Source: Bacteroidales bacterium
Lineage (GTDB): Bacteria; Bacteroidota; Bacteroidia; Bacteroidales; VadinHA17
Length of the DNA stretch: 64,000 nucleotides
Direction of reading: 5' to 3'
NCBI GenBank assembly: GCA_036743455.1
Contig: DAINPM010000003.1
Coordinates: 4,712-68,711, forward strand
Below, piece after piece: positions 48,446 to 58,825 of the stretch. Below the pieces are notes generated by a model. It saw nothing but the letters and a program-made list of their open reading frames with translations, made no database searches and was not told where the DNA came from. The stretch's first letter is position 1. Each line of letters begins with the position of its first letter. A program made the translations under genes and the position numbers.

Positions 48446-50626
48446 TTAATTACCCATTTCAGAAAGGAATTTGATCCTCATAAGCCTTATTTCTTCCTCT
48501 TCATAATCATTACCCAGCTCACTGATAGCTTCTTCAAGTGAATCCGACTCGGCTTCTTCCCTGAAATACGAAAATATATCATTTTGTCTTTCCTCATCCA
48601 TTACCATATTAATATAGTAATCCAGGTTAAGACGTGTACCGGAATTTACAATAGCTTCTATTTCTGAAAGAAGCTCACTCATTTCCAATCCTTTAACCTC
48701 AGCAATATCCTCAAGGGGCCTTTTCATATCTATACTTTGTATAATATAGACTTTTATTCCCGACTTATTGATTACTGATTTGACAACCATATCAAGAGGC
48801 CGGATAATTTCCTTTTCTTCAACATATTTCTTTATTATATCTACGAATTCTTTTCCGTATCGCTGGGCTTTGCCTGCTCCAACTCCCGAAATATTCTGCA
48901 ATTCATCAAGTGTTACAGGATATTGAATTGCCATATCTTCAAGAGAAGGATCCTGGAAGATGACAAAAGGCGGTACATCTTTTTGTTTTGATATCTTTTT
49001 GCGGAGGTCTTTCAGTACACTGAAGAGTTCTTCATCAACCGCTGCTGTTTTTGCTCCGAAAGCATTTTCCTCTTCGTCTGAATCAGCATAATCATGATCT
49101 TCGGCAAGCATAAAAGACTCGGGGTTCTTCAGGAACTCATGGCCTTTTTTCGTAAGTTTAAGCAGACCGTAGTTTTCAATATCTTTTGTAAGAAATTTAG
49201 CTATCAGAGCCTGTCTTATAACCATATTCCAGAATTTATCATCCTTTTCTTCTCCGATACCAAAGTACTCCAGTTTATGATGCTTATAAGACTTTATTGC
49301 TGAAGTAATTTTCCCGGACAGAATATGGGCAATATGGTCGGCTTTGAATTTTTCTTTTACGGCAAGAATGGTTTCAAGTACATTTACGACAGCCTCGCTC
49401 CCTTCAAACTGTTCTTTGGGATGCAGGCAATTATCGCAGGCTTCACAATTTTCTTTCGGATACTCTTCCCCGAAATAGTGTAGAAGCAACTTACGGCGGC
49501 AAACAGATGATTCGGCATATGATACTGTTTCAAGCAGCAATTGTTTTCCTATTTCCTGTTCCGCAATAGGTTTTCCCTGCATGAATTTCTCCAGTTTCTG
49601 AATATCATTATAACTGTAATAGGCAATACAATTACCCTCTCCGCCATCACGCCCGGCGCGGCCTGTTTCCTGGTAATAGCCTTCAAGACTCTTGGGCATA
49701 TCGTAATGTATAACAAAACGGACATCAGGTTTATCAATACCCATTCCAAAAGCTATTGTAGCAACGATTACATCCACTTCTTCCATGAGAAACTTATCCT
49801 GGTTCTGTGTCCGTGTAGCAGAATCCATACCTGCATGATAGGGCAATACCTTTATTCCGTTTACCTTCAATATCTCAGCCATCTCCTCTACTTTTTTACG
49901 ACTGAGGCAGTAGATAATTCCGGATTTCCCCGGATTATTCTTGATATATTTAATTATTTCCTTTGTTACATCCTGTTTTGATCTGACTTCATAATACAGG
50001 TTCGGACGGTTAAATGACGATTTGAAAACGGCTGCTTCAAGAATACCCAGGTTTTTTTGTATGTCGTGCTGAACCTTTGGGGTAGCTGTAGCAGTAAGAG
50101 CAATAATAGGAGAACGGCCGATAGTATCTATCAGGGGACGAATACGCCGGTATTCAGGCCTGAAATCATGTCCCCACTCCGATATACAGTGTGCCTCATC
50201 TATAGCATAAAATGAAACCTTTATTTTCTTCAGAAACTCAATATTCTCTTCTTTAGTAAGTGACTCCGGTGCAACATACAACAATTTCGTACCCTGTCTG
50301 AGAACATCATTTTTAACCCTTGCTATCTCTGTTTTTGTGAGAGATGAATTCAGAAAATGTGCTACATCATCGTTAGTACTGAAATTACGCATTGCATCAA
50401 CCTGGTTTTTCATCAATGCAATCAGAGGAGAAATAACTATTGCAGTTCCTTCGCCCATTACAGCAGGGAGCTGATAACATAAGGATTTTCCGCCTCCTGT
50501 TGGCATCAAAACAAATGTATCTCTCTCTGCAAGGACATTTTTTATTATCTGTTCCTGATTACCTTTAAAAGTATCAAATCCAAAATACTTTTTTAAATAC
50601 TCATGTATTGTACCGTCACTTATCAT
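48446..50626 (-). CDS. recQ: ATP-dependent DNA helicase RecQ
   Basis: 726 aa. Contains PTGGGKSLCYQ and DEAHCISEWGHDFRP. Has the RecQ zinc module (CRRK...CEACDNC) and a C-terminal HRDC region. Confidence 0.94.
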   Translation of the reverse strand: MISDGTIHEYLKKYFGFDTFKGNQEQIIKNVLAERDTFVLMPTGGGKSLCYQLPAVMGEGTAIVISPLIALMKNQVDAMRNFSTNDDVAHFLNSSLTKTEIARVKNDVLRQGTKLLYVAPESLTKEENIEFLKKIKVSFYAIDEAHCISEWGHDFRPEYRRIRPLIDTIGRSPIIALTATATPKVQHDIQKNLGILEAAVFKSSFNRPNLYYEVRSKQDVTKEIIKYIKNNPGKSGIIYCLSRKKVEEMAEILKVNGIKVLPYHAGMDSATRTQNQDKFLMEEVDVIVATIAFGMGIDKPDVRFVIHYDMPKSLEGYYQETGRAGRDGGEGNCIAYYSYNDIQKLEKFMQGKPIAEQEIGKQLLLETVSYAESSVCRRKLLLHYFGEEYPKENCEACDNCLHPKEQFEGSEAVVNVLETILAVKEKFKADHIAHILSGKITSAIKSYKHHKLEYFGIGEEKDDKFWNMVIRQALIAKFLTKDIENYGLLKLTKKGHEFLKNPESFMLAEDHDYADSDEEENAFGAKTAAVDEELFSVLKDLRKKISKQKDVPPFVIFQDPSLEDMAIQYPVTLDELQNISGVGAGKAQRYGKEFVDIIKKYVEEKEIIRPLDMVVKSVINKSGIKVYIIQSIDMKRPLEDIAEVKGLEMSELLSEIEAIVNSGTRLNLDYYINMVMDEERQNDIFSYFREEAESDSLEEAISELGNDYEEEEIRLMRIKFLSEMGN

Positions 50627-50830
50627 TAAATCAACCTCTAATAAATCAGAATTAACGTAAATATTTTAAACTTTTTATATAAATGTAATAATTTTCCTCA
50701 TCATAATCCAATATTTAAATTTCATTAACAAAATTATTCATCCACAGACAACTTATCATCATACTGATATTGCTTTACATAAGAAGTTTTATCATCTTTA
50801 CACGCTGAAATATAAATTTGATATGTTCAG

Positions 50831-51709
50831 ATGGCATTAAAATCAAAAAAGAAGAAGAAAAGTGAAGCTGAGATGTCTTTCCTCGAACATCTTGAAGAAT
50901 TACGATGGCACATAATCCGGTCAATATTAGCCATTGTGGTCTTTATGGTATTGGCTTTTGTATTTAAGAATATAATCTTTGACCATGTAATTCTGGCACC
51001 AAAAGATCCTGATTTTTTCACTAACCGAATTCTTTGTCAGCTTGGTCATCTGGTGGGTACTGATAAATTATGTATCAATACAACACCTTTTGAAATAATA
51101 AACATTAAAATGTCAGGTCAGCTGACAACACATATTACTGTTGCCATGGTGTCCGGCCTTATACTTGCTTTCCCTTTTATCATAAGGGAATTCTGGCTCT
51201 TTTTCAAACCGGCACTCCATACAAATGAAGCCCAGTATGCAAGAGGAGCTGTTCTGGCTTCTTCACTTTTGTTTTTTGCCGGTGTTCTTTTTGGTTATTA
51301 TATGCTGGCTCCTCTCTCAATTCACTTCCTTACTTCATATGAAGTGAGTATGGATGTTACAAACCAGATAAATATCAGATCCTTCATCGGGACTTTATCT
51401 TCTATATGCCTGGCAACAGGAGTGATATTTGAACTTCCCATAATTGCTTTTTTTCTGACGAAGATTGGAGTAATTACTCCCGAATTCATGAAAAAATACC
51501 GGAAACATTCAATAGTTGTTATCGTTATCCTTTCTGCCATTATAACGCCTCCTGATGTTTTCTCCCAATTGCTGGTATGTATACCCCTAATGTTTCTATA
51601 CGAGGTAAGTATTCATATCTCAAAAAGGGTTGTCCAGAAAAAGGAAAGAGATTATCAGGAATTCATGAATGATAATGATCCCGGAGAAACTATTGAAACT
51701 ACGTCCTGA
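50831..51709 (+). CDS. tatC: Twin-arginine translocase subunit TatC
   Basis: 292 aa. MSFLEHLEELRWHI is followed by six TM helices. The true start may be the Met at 50873. Confidence 0.88.
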   Translation: MALKSKKKKKSEAEMSFLEHLEELRWHIIRSILAIVVFMVLAFVFKNIIFDHVILAPKDPDFFTNRILCQLGHLVGTDKLCINTTPFEIINIKMSGQLTTHITVAMVSGLILAFPFIIREFWLFFKPALHTNEAQYARGAVLASSLLFFAGVLFGYYMLAPLSIHFLTSYEVSMDVTNQINIRSFIGTLSSICLATGVIFELPIIAFFLTKIGVITPEFMKKYRKHSIVVIVILSAIITPPDVFSQLLVCIPLMFLYEVSIHISKRVVQKKERDYQEFMNDNDPGETIETTS

Positions 51710-51811
51710 ATTTTGAAATGAAACTTACATAAGCAGAACCTCACAAAAGGGAATTATTAATTAATTCATGTAAGTTCCATACGACCAATGAAATAATGTT
51801 TTAATAATCGC

Positions 51812-52537
51812 ATGAAACTCTATACAAAAGATCTGGTAAAAAAATATCGTAACCGAACTGTTGTAGATCATGTATCCATTGAAGTTGAACAGGGAGAGAT
51901 AGTTGGTCTGCTTGGCCCTAACGGAGCAGGAAAAACAACATCTTTTTATATGATAGTCGGATTAATCAGACCGAGACAAGGGAATATATATCTCGATAAT
52001 GAAAACATTACAAAACTGCCTGTATATATGCGGGCCCGTAAGGGTATCGGATATCTGGCCCAGGAACCCTCTATTTTCCGGAACCTGTCAGTAGAAAACA
52101 ACCTCAAAGCTGTTCTGGAACTATCCAACTTCACCAGGGAGGAACAGAAAGAAAGACTGGAATCACTTCTGGATGAATTTGGTTTGCAGAAGATACGGAA
52201 GAGCAAAGGCATACAGCTGTCGGGAGGAGAAAGAAGGAGAACTGAAATTGCCAGAGCACTGGCTATTAAACCAAAATTCATTTTGCTCGACGAACCTTTT
52301 GCCGGAATCGATCCGATTGCCGTGGAAGATATCCAGAGTATCGTATCACATCTGAAAAGTAAAAAAATAGGTATCCTTATAACCGATCATAACGTTCATG
52401 AAACCTTGTCTATCACCGACAGGGCATACCTCCTCTTTGAAGGCAAAATATTAAAATCGGGCACTGCTTCTCAACTTGCTGAAGATGAAATTGTAAGAAA
52501 AGTATACCTGGGCAAAAGCTTTGAACTCCGGCGCTAA
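51812..52537 (+). CDS. lptB: LPS export ABC transporter ATP-binding protein
   Basis: 241 aa. Contains [25 protein letters not shown] and [11 protein letters not shown]. Confidence 0.88.
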   Translation: MKLYTKDLVKKYRNRTVVDHVSIEVEQGEIVGLLGPNGAGKTTSFYMIVGLIRPRQGNIYLDNENITKLPVYMRARKGIGYLAQEPSIFRNLSVENNLKAVLELSNFTREEQKERLESLLDEFGLQKIRKSKGIQLSGGERRRTEIARALAIKPKFILLDEPFAGIDPIAVEDIQSIVSHLKSKKIGILITDHNVHETLSITDRAYLLFEGKILKSGTASQLAEDEIVRKVYLGKSFELRR

Positions 52538-52569
52538 GCTCTTCAGTTTGTTATTAATGTAATTTTCTA

Positions 52570-52577
52570 TACTTTTG
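52570..52577 (+). promoter_or_regulatory. Bacteroidota-type -7 promoter box (TAnnTTTG) for tRNA-Leu
   Basis: TACTTTTG ends 13 nt before the first base of the tRNA. Confidence 0.5.
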
Positions 52578-52590
52578 CGGGGATTTTTAT

Positions 52591-52673
52591 GCGGATGTGT
52601 CGTAATTGGTAGCCGAGCAAGACTTAGGATCTTGTGTCTTTATGACGTGGGGGTTCGAGTCCCTTCATCCGCA
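52591..52673 (+). tRNA. tRNA-Leu (anticodon UAG), type II with long variable arm, CCA not encoded
   Basis: Hand-folded. Acceptor GCGGATG/CATCCGC; anticodon stem CAAGA/TCTTG with loop CTTAGGA; variable arm GTC-TTTAT-GAC; T-loop GGTTCGAGTCC. Confidence 0.9.
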
Positions 52674-52683
52674 CTAACATGAT

Positions 52684-52726
52684 AAACCGCCCTTAACCTT
52701 CGATTTACAGCGTTTGGCGGTTTTTC
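52684..52726 (+). terminator. Putative terminator hairpin after tRNA-Leu
   Basis: AAACCGCC ... GGCGGTTT is an 8-bp perfect stem followed by a T run. The loop is long (24 nt), so the call is uncertain. Confidence 0.4.
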
Positions 52727-52751
52727 AGATATATAATAAAGGATAAACAAT

Positions 52752-54098
52752 ATGAATATTACCAGAGAAAACATTGACGATCTGAATGCAGTACTTAATA
52801 TACAAGTCGAAAAAACAGATTATGAGGATAAAGTGGAAAAAATTCTCAGAGACTATCGCAAAAAGGCAAATATAAAAGGATTCCGTCCGGGTATGGTCCC
52901 CATAGGCCTTATAAGAAAAATGTACGGTACAGCTGCCAAAATAGAAGAAGTAAATAAAACCATTTCCGATAGTATCCAGAAATACCTCTCAGATGAAAAA
53001 CTGGAAATACTTGGAGATCCTTTACCCAAAACCTCCGAGGAAGAAAATATTGATTTTGAAACCCAGGATGAATTTAATTTTTCTTTTGAACTGGGACTGG
53101 CACCTGTTGTCGACCTGAAAATCAACAAAAAGAATAAAGTCAATCTGTATGAGATAACTGTTGACGAAAAAATGATCAACGATCATAAAGAAAACTACAC
53201 CCGGCGTTTCGGAGATTTTAAAAATGTTGACAAAGTCGGCGAAAAAGATATGGTAAAAGGTAAAATAGAGCCTCTCGATAATGAAGGCAATACTGTCTCC
53301 GAAGAAAGTGTCGAAGATACTTCTGTAGCTGTTGACATAATTAAGGATGAGGAGATTAAAAAAACCTTTATTGAAAAAAAACCAGGTGATACTGTCGATT
53401 TTAATATACGAAAAGCTTTTCCCGATGATAACGAAATAGCCGGATTACTGAGAATCGATAAAGAAAAAATTGAAAATATAAGGGAAACATACCGGATCAC
53501 CATTAAAGAGATTTCCCGTTTTTACCCTGCAGAAATAGATCAGGACCTTTTCGATAAAATATACGGAGAAAACACTGTAAAAACCGAAGAAGAATTCAAT
53601 AAAAAAATTGAAGAAGAAATTGCAGTCAGCCTGAAAGGTGAAAGTAATTATAAACTCATGCAGGACATCAGAAATATGGTAATCGAAAAGACAGACCTGC
53701 CACTACCTGAAGACTTCCTGAAAAAATGGCTGCTTAAAGTGAACGAAAATACCACTTCAGAGCAAATAGAAAAAGAATTCGATTCCTTTAAAAAAGACCT
53801 CAAATGGCAACTGATAAAAAATAAAGTTGCAAAGGATAATGAAATTAAAATAACAGAAGAGGAACTGACCAAAGAGGCAGAGAATATCACAAGATACCAG
53901 TTCCAACAGTATGGGATGTACTATGCAACTGATGAGCAAATTTCAAATTATGCAAGGGAAACTCTTAAAAGAGAAAATGATGCAAAGAAAATTGCCGACA
54001 ATATTTTAGATAACAAAGTTATCGATGCATTAAAGGAAATAATCAATATCCAACCCAAAAGCGTAACAGCCGAAGAATTTAACAAGCTTTTTGAATAA
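52752..54098 (+). CDS. tig: Trigger factor
   Basis: 448 aa. Ribosome-binding signature GFRPGMVP. Sits upstream of clpP-clpX. Confidence 0.9.
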   Translation: MNITRENIDDLNAVLNIQVEKTDYEDKVEKILRDYRKKANIKGFRPGMVPIGLIRKMYGTAAKIEEVNKTISDSIQKYLSDEKLEILGDPLPKTSEEENIDFETQDEFNFSFELGLAPVVDLKINKKNKVNLYEITVDEKMINDHKENYTRRFGDFKNVDKVGEKDMVKGKIEPLDNEGNTVSEESVEDTSVAVDIIKDEEIKKTFIEKKPGDTVDFNIRKAFPDDNEIAGLLRIDKEKIENIRETYRITIKEISRFYPAEIDQDLFDKIYGENTVKTEEEFNKKIEEEIAVSLKGESNYKLMQDIRNMVIEKTDLPLPEDFLKKWLLKVNENTTSEQIEKEFDSFKKDLKWQLIKNKVAKDNEIKITEEELTKEAENITRYQFQQYGMYYATDEQISNYARETLKRENDAKKIADNILDNKVIDALKEIINIQPKSVTAEEFNKLFE

Positions 54099-54124
54099 GG
54101 ATCAGAGAATTACATCATATATTA

Positions 54125-54132
54125 TATTTTTG
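54125..54132 (+). promoter_or_regulatory. Bacteroidota-type -7 promoter box (TAnnTTTG) for clpP
   Basis: TATTTTTG lies 32 nt upstream of the clpP ATG. Confidence 0.4.
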
Positions 54133-54164
54133 TATCTTTATCCTCTAAATCTAAATAAACAGCA

Positions 54165-54836
54165 ATGAGTAATAAAAACGATTTTGAAAAATATGCCAGA
54201 AGCAAGCATGGTATTGGCAGTCTTTCCCTTCACAAATATGCTTCTGTATGGTCCAGTTATATATCTCCTACAATCATTGAAGAGAGACAGTTAAATGTTG
54301 CTTCGATGGATGTGTTTTCGCGTTTGATGATGGACAGGATTATTTTTCTGGGTCTTCCCATCGATGATTATGTAGCTAATATTATTCAGGCACAACTCCT
54401 TTATCTCGATTCATCTGATCCGGGAAAAGATATCCAGATCTATTTTAACACGCCGGGAGGTTCAGTAAGTGCCGGATTGGGTATATATGACACGATGCAG
54501 TATATTTCTGCAGACATTGCCACAATATGTACCGGTATGGCTGCATCTATGGGAGCAATTCTCCTTACCGCAGGAACAAAAGGAAAAAGATCTGCACTCA
54601 AACACTCAAGGATTATGATCCATCAGCCTATGGGGGGATTTGAAGGTGCGGCATCAGACATTGAAATACAGGCAAGAGAAATACTGAAACTGAAGAAAGA
54701 ATTATATGAAATAATTGCTTTTCATTCAGGCAATCCACTGGAAAAAGTTGAAAAAGACTCTGACAGAGATCACTGGATGACTTCAGAAGAAGCTAAAGAC
54801 TATGGAATGATTGATGAGATACTTCATCGCAATTAA
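54165..54836 (+). CDS. clpP: ATP-dependent Clp protease proteolytic subunit
   Basis: 223 aa. Active-site region GMAASMGA and IMIHQP. Confidence 0.95.
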   Translation: MSNKNDFEKYARSKHGIGSLSLHKYASVWSSYISPTIIEERQLNVASMDVFSRLMMDRIIFLGLPIDDYVANIIQAQLLYLDSSDPGKDIQIYFNTPGGSVSAGLGIYDTMQYISADIATICTGMAASMGAILLTAGTKGKRSALKHSRIMIHQPMGGFEGAASDIEIQAREILKLKKELYEIIAFHSGNPLEKVEKDSDRDHWMTSEEAKDYGMIDEILHRN

Positions 54837-54848
54837 CAATATAATATA

Positions 54849-56066
54849 ATGGACAAATGCTCTTTCTGCGGCAGAACAAAAAAAGAGGCCAATATGCTGA
54901 TAGCGGGCCTCGAGGGACATATCTGTGACCACTGTATTGTTCAGGCTTATAACATTATGAATGAAGAACTGGGATTAAACAAAAGTACTTCATTCGATAG
55001 CATAAACCTCCTCAAGCCTTCTGAGATAAAGAGTTTTCTCGATCAATATGTCATTGGCCAGGATATGGCGAAAAAGATTATTTCAGTAGCTGTTTATAAC
55101 CATTATAAGAGGTTAATGCAAAAACCCGATCCGGATGATGTTGAAATTGAAAAATCAAATATCATTCTGGTAGGTGAGACGGGTACAGGAAAGACTCTTC
55201 TTGCCAAAACAATTGCAAAGATGCTTCATGTACCTTTTACAATAGTTGATGCCACAGTGTTAACTGAAGCCGGATACGTGGGAGAGGATATTGAAAGTCT
55301 CCTCACCCGACTGCTTCAGAATGCGGAATATGATGTAAAGGCTGCTGAAAAAGGAATAGTTTTTATTGATGAACTGGATAAGATAGCACGAAAAGAAGGC
55401 GATAATCCTTCAATTACAAGAGATGTATCGGGTGAAGGAGTACAGCAGGGTTTGCTGAAATTGCTTGAAGGTTCTGTCGTTAATGTCCCTCCTCAGGGCG
55501 GACGTAAACATCCCGAACAAAAAATGATACCTGTTGATACAAAAAATATTCTTTTCATCTGTGGCGGAGCATTTGTCGGTATTGAGAAAAAAATTGCCCA
55601 AAGGCTTAATACACAAATTATTGGATTTGGAGCCTCCAAAGTCAGAGAAAAAGTCGATAAAAACAATCTTTTAAAATATATCTCTCCACAAGATCTCAGG
55701 GCTTATGGACTTATCCCTGAAATTATCGGAAGACTGCCTGTTGTAACCCACCTTGATCCTCTTGATAAAAAAGCGCTTAAAGCCATACTCACCGAACCAA
55801 AAAATGCCCTTGTCAAACAATATACCAAGCTCTTTGATATGGACAATATTAAACTCACATTTGACAAAGGAGCTCTCGATTTTATTGTCGACAAAGCGGT
55901 TGAATACAAGCTTGGCGCGCGTGGTCTCAGATCAATATGCGAAACCATAATGCTTGATGCAATGTTCGAAATGCCTTCAACCGGGAAAAATGAACTGGTA
56001 ATAACCATTGATTATGCCAGCAATAAACTGGAAAGGATAGACCTTAAAATTCTTAAAGCCTCTTAA
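54849..56066 (+). CDS. clpX: ATP-dependent Clp protease ATP-binding subunit ClpX
   Basis: 405 aa. Zinc finger CSFCGR...CDHC, Walker A GETGTGKT, and IVFIDELDK. Confidence 0.96.
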   Translation: MDKCSFCGRTKKEANMLIAGLEGHICDHCIVQAYNIMNEELGLNKSTSFDSINLLKPSEIKSFLDQYVIGQDMAKKIISVAVYNHYKRLMQKPDPDDVEIEKSNIILVGETGTGKTLLAKTIAKMLHVPFTIVDATVLTEAGYVGEDIESLLTRLLQNAEYDVKAAEKGIVFIDELDKIARKEGDNPSITRDVSGEGVQQGLLKLLEGSVVNVPPQGGRKHPEQKMIPVDTKNILFICGGAFVGIEKKIAQRLNTQIIGFGASKVREKVDKNNLLKYISPQDLRAYGLIPEIIGRLPVVTHLDPLDKKALKAILTEPKNALVKQYTKLFDMDNIKLTFDKGALDFIVDKAVEYKLGARGLRSICETIMLDAMFEMPSTGKNELVITIDYASNKLERIDLKILKAS

Positions 56067-56548
56067 TCCCTTCGTTCATAAATGATATAAGTATAAGGAA
56101 TATTTTCTCTTTCAGAAATAAATCGCTCCCTGCTTATCGTTTTCCACGTTTTTCTGTTTATTTCCGGGAAATATACATCTGCCTCTGCTCTACGGTGAAC
56201 ACGTGTAATGTATAACCTGTCAGCATAAGGCATAAACTGACTGTAAACACTTCCCCCACCTATTACGAAAACCTCTTCGTCATCACGACATTTATCAAGA
56301 GCATCCTTCAAAGAAAAGGCTGTTTCAGCACCTTCAAAACATTCCTCAGGAATATCTGAAAGGATAATATTCCTTCGTCCCGGTAAAGGTTTTCTTGGCA
56401 GGGAATCCCATGTCTTCCTTCCCATGATAACTGTCTTCCCCATAGTAAGTTCCTTAAAACGTTTCAGGTCTTCAGATATATGCCACAGTAGTTCATTAGC
56501 TCTGCCAATGCCCTTGTCTTCTGAAACAGCAGCAATTATGGAAATCAT
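56063..56548 (-). CDS. folA: Dihydrofolate reductase
   Basis: 161 aa. Contains [14 protein letters not shown] and VIGGGSVY. Lies downstream of thyA. Confidence 0.92.
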   Translation of the reverse strand: MISIIAAVSEDKGIGRANELLWHISEDLKRFKELTMGKTVIMGRKTWDSLPRKPLPGRRNIILSDIPEECFEGAETAFSLKDALDKCRDDEEVFVIGGGSVYSQFMPYADRLYITRVHRRAEADVYFPEINRKTWKTISRERFISERENIPYTYIIYERRD

Positions 56549-56559
56549 AACTTTGTTTT

Positions 56560-57354
56560 TTATACAGATATCTCGCCTTTTATATGTGGATGAGAAACAT
56601 AATCTCTCAGAGTAAAATCTTCGTACCTGAATTTAAAGAGATCATCAACTGAAGGATTCACAATCATCGAGGGTAAAGGATAAGGATCTCTGGTAAGTTG
56701 CAGTTTAACTTGTTCAATATGATTAAGATATATATGAGCATCACCCAGGGTATGCACGAAATCTCCGGGCTTCAGCCCGGTAACATGAGCAACCATCATG
56801 GTAAGCAAAGCATATGAAGCTATATTAAAAGGAACTCCGAGAAAAATATCACAGCTTCTCTGATAAAGCTGACATGATAACTTCCCTTCAGCTACGTAGA
56901 ACTGAAAGAGAAGATGACAAGGAGGCAAAGCCATTTTGTCAAGTTCTCCGGGATTCCAGGCACTGACAATAAGCCGCCGCGAATCAGGTGTTTCCTTAAT
57001 GCCATCTACCACTTCTTTTAACTGATCTATTTTTCTACCGTCAGCGGAAGGCCATGAACGCCACTGAGAACCATAAACCGGCCCCAGATTACCGTCTTCA
57101 TCAGCCCACTCATTCCATATCCTTACACCATTATCCTTAAGATATTTAATATTTGTATCTCCTGAAATGAACCACAAAAGCTCGTGGATAATGGATTTAA
57201 GATGCATCCTTTTGGTGGTCAGTAATGGAAATCCTCCGGCGAGATCAAATCGCATCTGATAACCGAAAACACTTATGGTCCCGGTGCCGGTCCTGTCGCC
57301 TTTTTTTATTCCTGTTTTTAAGACATGATCAAGAAGTTCAAGATACTGTTTCAT
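56560..57354 (-). CDS. thyA: Thymidylate synthase
   Basis: 264 aa. Contains DRTGTGT and the catalytic-Cys motif ALPPCH. Confidence 0.96.
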   Translation of the reverse strand: MKQYLELLDHVLKTGIKKGDRTGTGTISVFGYQMRFDLAGGFPLLTTKRMHLKSIIHELLWFISGDTNIKYLKDNGVRIWNEWADEDGNLGPVYGSQWRSWPSADGRKIDQLKEVVDGIKETPDSRRLIVSAWNPGELDKMALPPCHLLFQFYVAEGKLSCQLYQRSCDIFLGVPFNIASYALLTMMVAHVTGLKPGDFVHTLGDAHIYLNHIEQVKLQLTRDPYPLPSMIVNPSVDDLFKFRYEDFTLRDYVSHPHIKGEISV

Positions 57355-57950
57355 TGCTGTTTCCTGCTTTTCTTTCTTTTTTCCAGTTCATCCCTTATTG
57401 AAGCAGCCTTTTCATAATCTTCAGTCTTTACTGCTTCATCAATCATTTTATATAACTCCTCATCCGAAAGGTGTGAAAACTCCGATCCTGCTTCCTCACT
57501 CTTGCCTGTGCCTTCTTCAGAAACAATATCAGTATCTGAAGGAGCATTGGTTAATTGTGCTTTTTCCAGTATCTCTTCATTAATATATATCGGACATCCA
57601 AACCTCAGTGCTATAGCCACTGCATCCGATGTACGGCTGTCAATAATATATTCCTTTTCCCCATTGTTACACACCAGTTTTGAAAAAAACACCCCCTCTT
57701 CAAGCTTGTCAATTATCACCTCAATCACAGCTATATTAAATTGATCGGCAACTTTTTTGAAAAGATCATGTGTAAGAGGCCGGGGAGGTTCAAGATTTTC
57801 AAGTTTTATTACAATAGCCTGAGCTTCAAACCCTCCTATTATTATGGGAATCCTCCTGTCTCCATTCTCTTCTATTAATAAAAGCGCATAAGCTCCTGAC
57901 TGTGTCTGACTATAGGATATCCCCATTACTTTTAACTTGACCCGTTTCAT
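57351..57950 (-). CDS. Bifunctional nuclease (BFN/DUF151) domain protein with C-terminal UVR motif
   Basis: 199 aa. N-terminal pattern ([23 protein letters not shown]...PRPLTHDL) typical of DUF151. The C-terminus [29 protein letters not shown] fits the UvrB/UvrC motif. There is a 4-nt overlap with the thyA start. Confidence 0.7.
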   Translation of the reverse strand: MKRVKLKVMGISYSQTQSGAYALLLIEENGDRRIPIIIGGFEAQAIVIKLENLEPPRPLTHDLFKKVADQFNIAVIEVIIDKLEEGVFFSKLVCNNGEKEYIIDSRTSDAVAIALRFGCPIYINEEILEKAQLTNAPSDTDIVSEEGTGKSEEAGSEFSHLSDEELYKMIDEAVKTEDYEKAASIRDELEKRKKSRKQQ

Positions 57951-57999
57951 AATAATTAATTATGCATCAATATAATACACACTAATGGCTTGTTTGTGA

Positions 58000-58007
58000 C
58001 AAATATA
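58000..58007 (-). promoter_or_regulatory. Bacteroidota-type -7 promoter box (TAnnTTTG) for the BFN-thyA-folA operon
   Basis: The reverse strand reads TATATTTG, about 50 nt upstream of the ATG at 57950. Confidence 0.4.
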
Positions 58008-58170
58008 AAGATAATAGCAGTATTAACTCGGTCAACTCAATGCTTTTTTTGAAAAGTTTTAAAGCTCAGCAAAAGATATGTCTTCCCGATTAGAAAATGC
58101 TGACAGGTGATATCCGTATTTTTAAATATATAAAAAACGTCCTTATCATTTGTAAATAATGTATTTTATT

Positions 58171-58178
58171 TATCTTTG
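58171..58178 (+). promoter_or_regulatory. Bacteroidota-type promoter for rplU-rpmA (-7 TAnnTTTG, with a TTTG -33 element at 58149-58152)
   Basis: TATCTTTG, with TTTG 22 nt upstream. This implies a ~85-nt leader before the rplU ATG at 58271. Confidence 0.5.
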
Positions 58179-58270
58179 CAGTCCGAAATAAAACCAATCT
58201 GCCAGGGCTCAGAGAAGTTATATGATTTTTTATCTTATACGCCTTGCAGAGTAATATAATAAAAATGACA

Positions 58271-58798
58271 ATGTACGCTATTGTTGAGATTGCAGGACAG
58301 CAATTTAAAGTTGAGGAAGGTAAAAAAATCTTCGTTCACAGACTTGATACTGAAGAGGATAAGGATATTAAATTTGAGCAGGTCCTCCTGATTGAAGAAG
58401 AAGGTAAGGTTACAGTTGGAGAACCTTTTATTAATGACTCTTTCGTTGAAGGTAAAGTATTAGGACACGCAAGAGGTAAGAAGGTAATTGTATTCAAAAA
58501 GAAGAGAAGGAAAGGTTACAGAGTAAAAAACGGTCATCGGCAAGATTTCACTGAGATAGAAATAATAAGCATAAATGGCAAGAAATCCGCTGAAAAGAAA
58601 GCTGTAAGAAAAGAGCCGGCTGTAACTGAAGAGGAACCGAAAGCCGAAATAAAATCGGCTGAGAAAAAACCAGCCGTCAAAAAACCTGCTGTGAAAAAAA
58701 CGGCTGTGAAAAACCCAACTGCAAAAAGTGCTGACAACGGAAAAACAACCGTTAAGAAGACAGCATCTAAAAAAGCAGATAAAGGAGAAGATAAATAA
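58271..58798 (+). CDS. rplU: 50S ribosomal protein L21 with a ~73-aa lysine/alanine/proline-rich C-terminal tail
   Basis: The canonical L21 start MYAIVEIAGQQFKVEEG is at 58271; the ORF-track start at 58244 is an over-extension. The L21 core ends near ...RQDFTEIEIISING, and a KKPAV-type repeat tail follows. Confidence 0.92.
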   Translation: MYAIVEIAGQQFKVEEGKKIFVHRLDTEEDKDIKFEQVLLIEEEGKVTVGEPFINDSFVEGKVLGHARGKKVIVFKKKRRKGYRVKNGHRQDFTEIEIISINGKKSAEKKAVRKEPAVTEEEPKAEIKSAEKKPAVKKPAVKKTAVKNPTAKSADNGKTTVKKTASKKADKGEDK

Positions 58799-58825
58799 AA
58801 AAATAAGAATTAAATATTTATTATT

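Noticed and set aside
50627-50872. Looked for a tatA/tatE gene next to tatC and examined the lysine-rich MALKSKKKKKSEAE extension.
   Set aside because: No TatA-like small ORF exists in the flanking spacers, and tatA is frequently unlinked. The lysine-rich extension is probably upstream of the true start (MSFLEHLEELR at 50873).
51722-51776. A perfect 9-bp inverted repeat (AACTTACAT ... ATGTAAGTT) after tatC.
   Set aside because: The 37-nt loop and the absence of a following T run make a terminator unlikely. A single occurrence with no partner elsewhere in the window argues against a MITE or IS end.
56063-56066. The clpX and folA stop codons share the palindrome TTAA (convergent 4-nt overlap). 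Similarly, acpH and rodA abut at 25484/25485, and the permease and rsmA overlap at 34077-34085.
   Set aside because: This is ordinary genome compaction in a dense region. There is no evidence of regulatory significance.
58600-58740. Tandem 15-nt repeats that could at first glance be taken for a micro-array or CRISPR-like repeat.
   Set aside because: The units are contiguous with no spacers, in frame, and encode the KKPAV repeats of the L21 tail.
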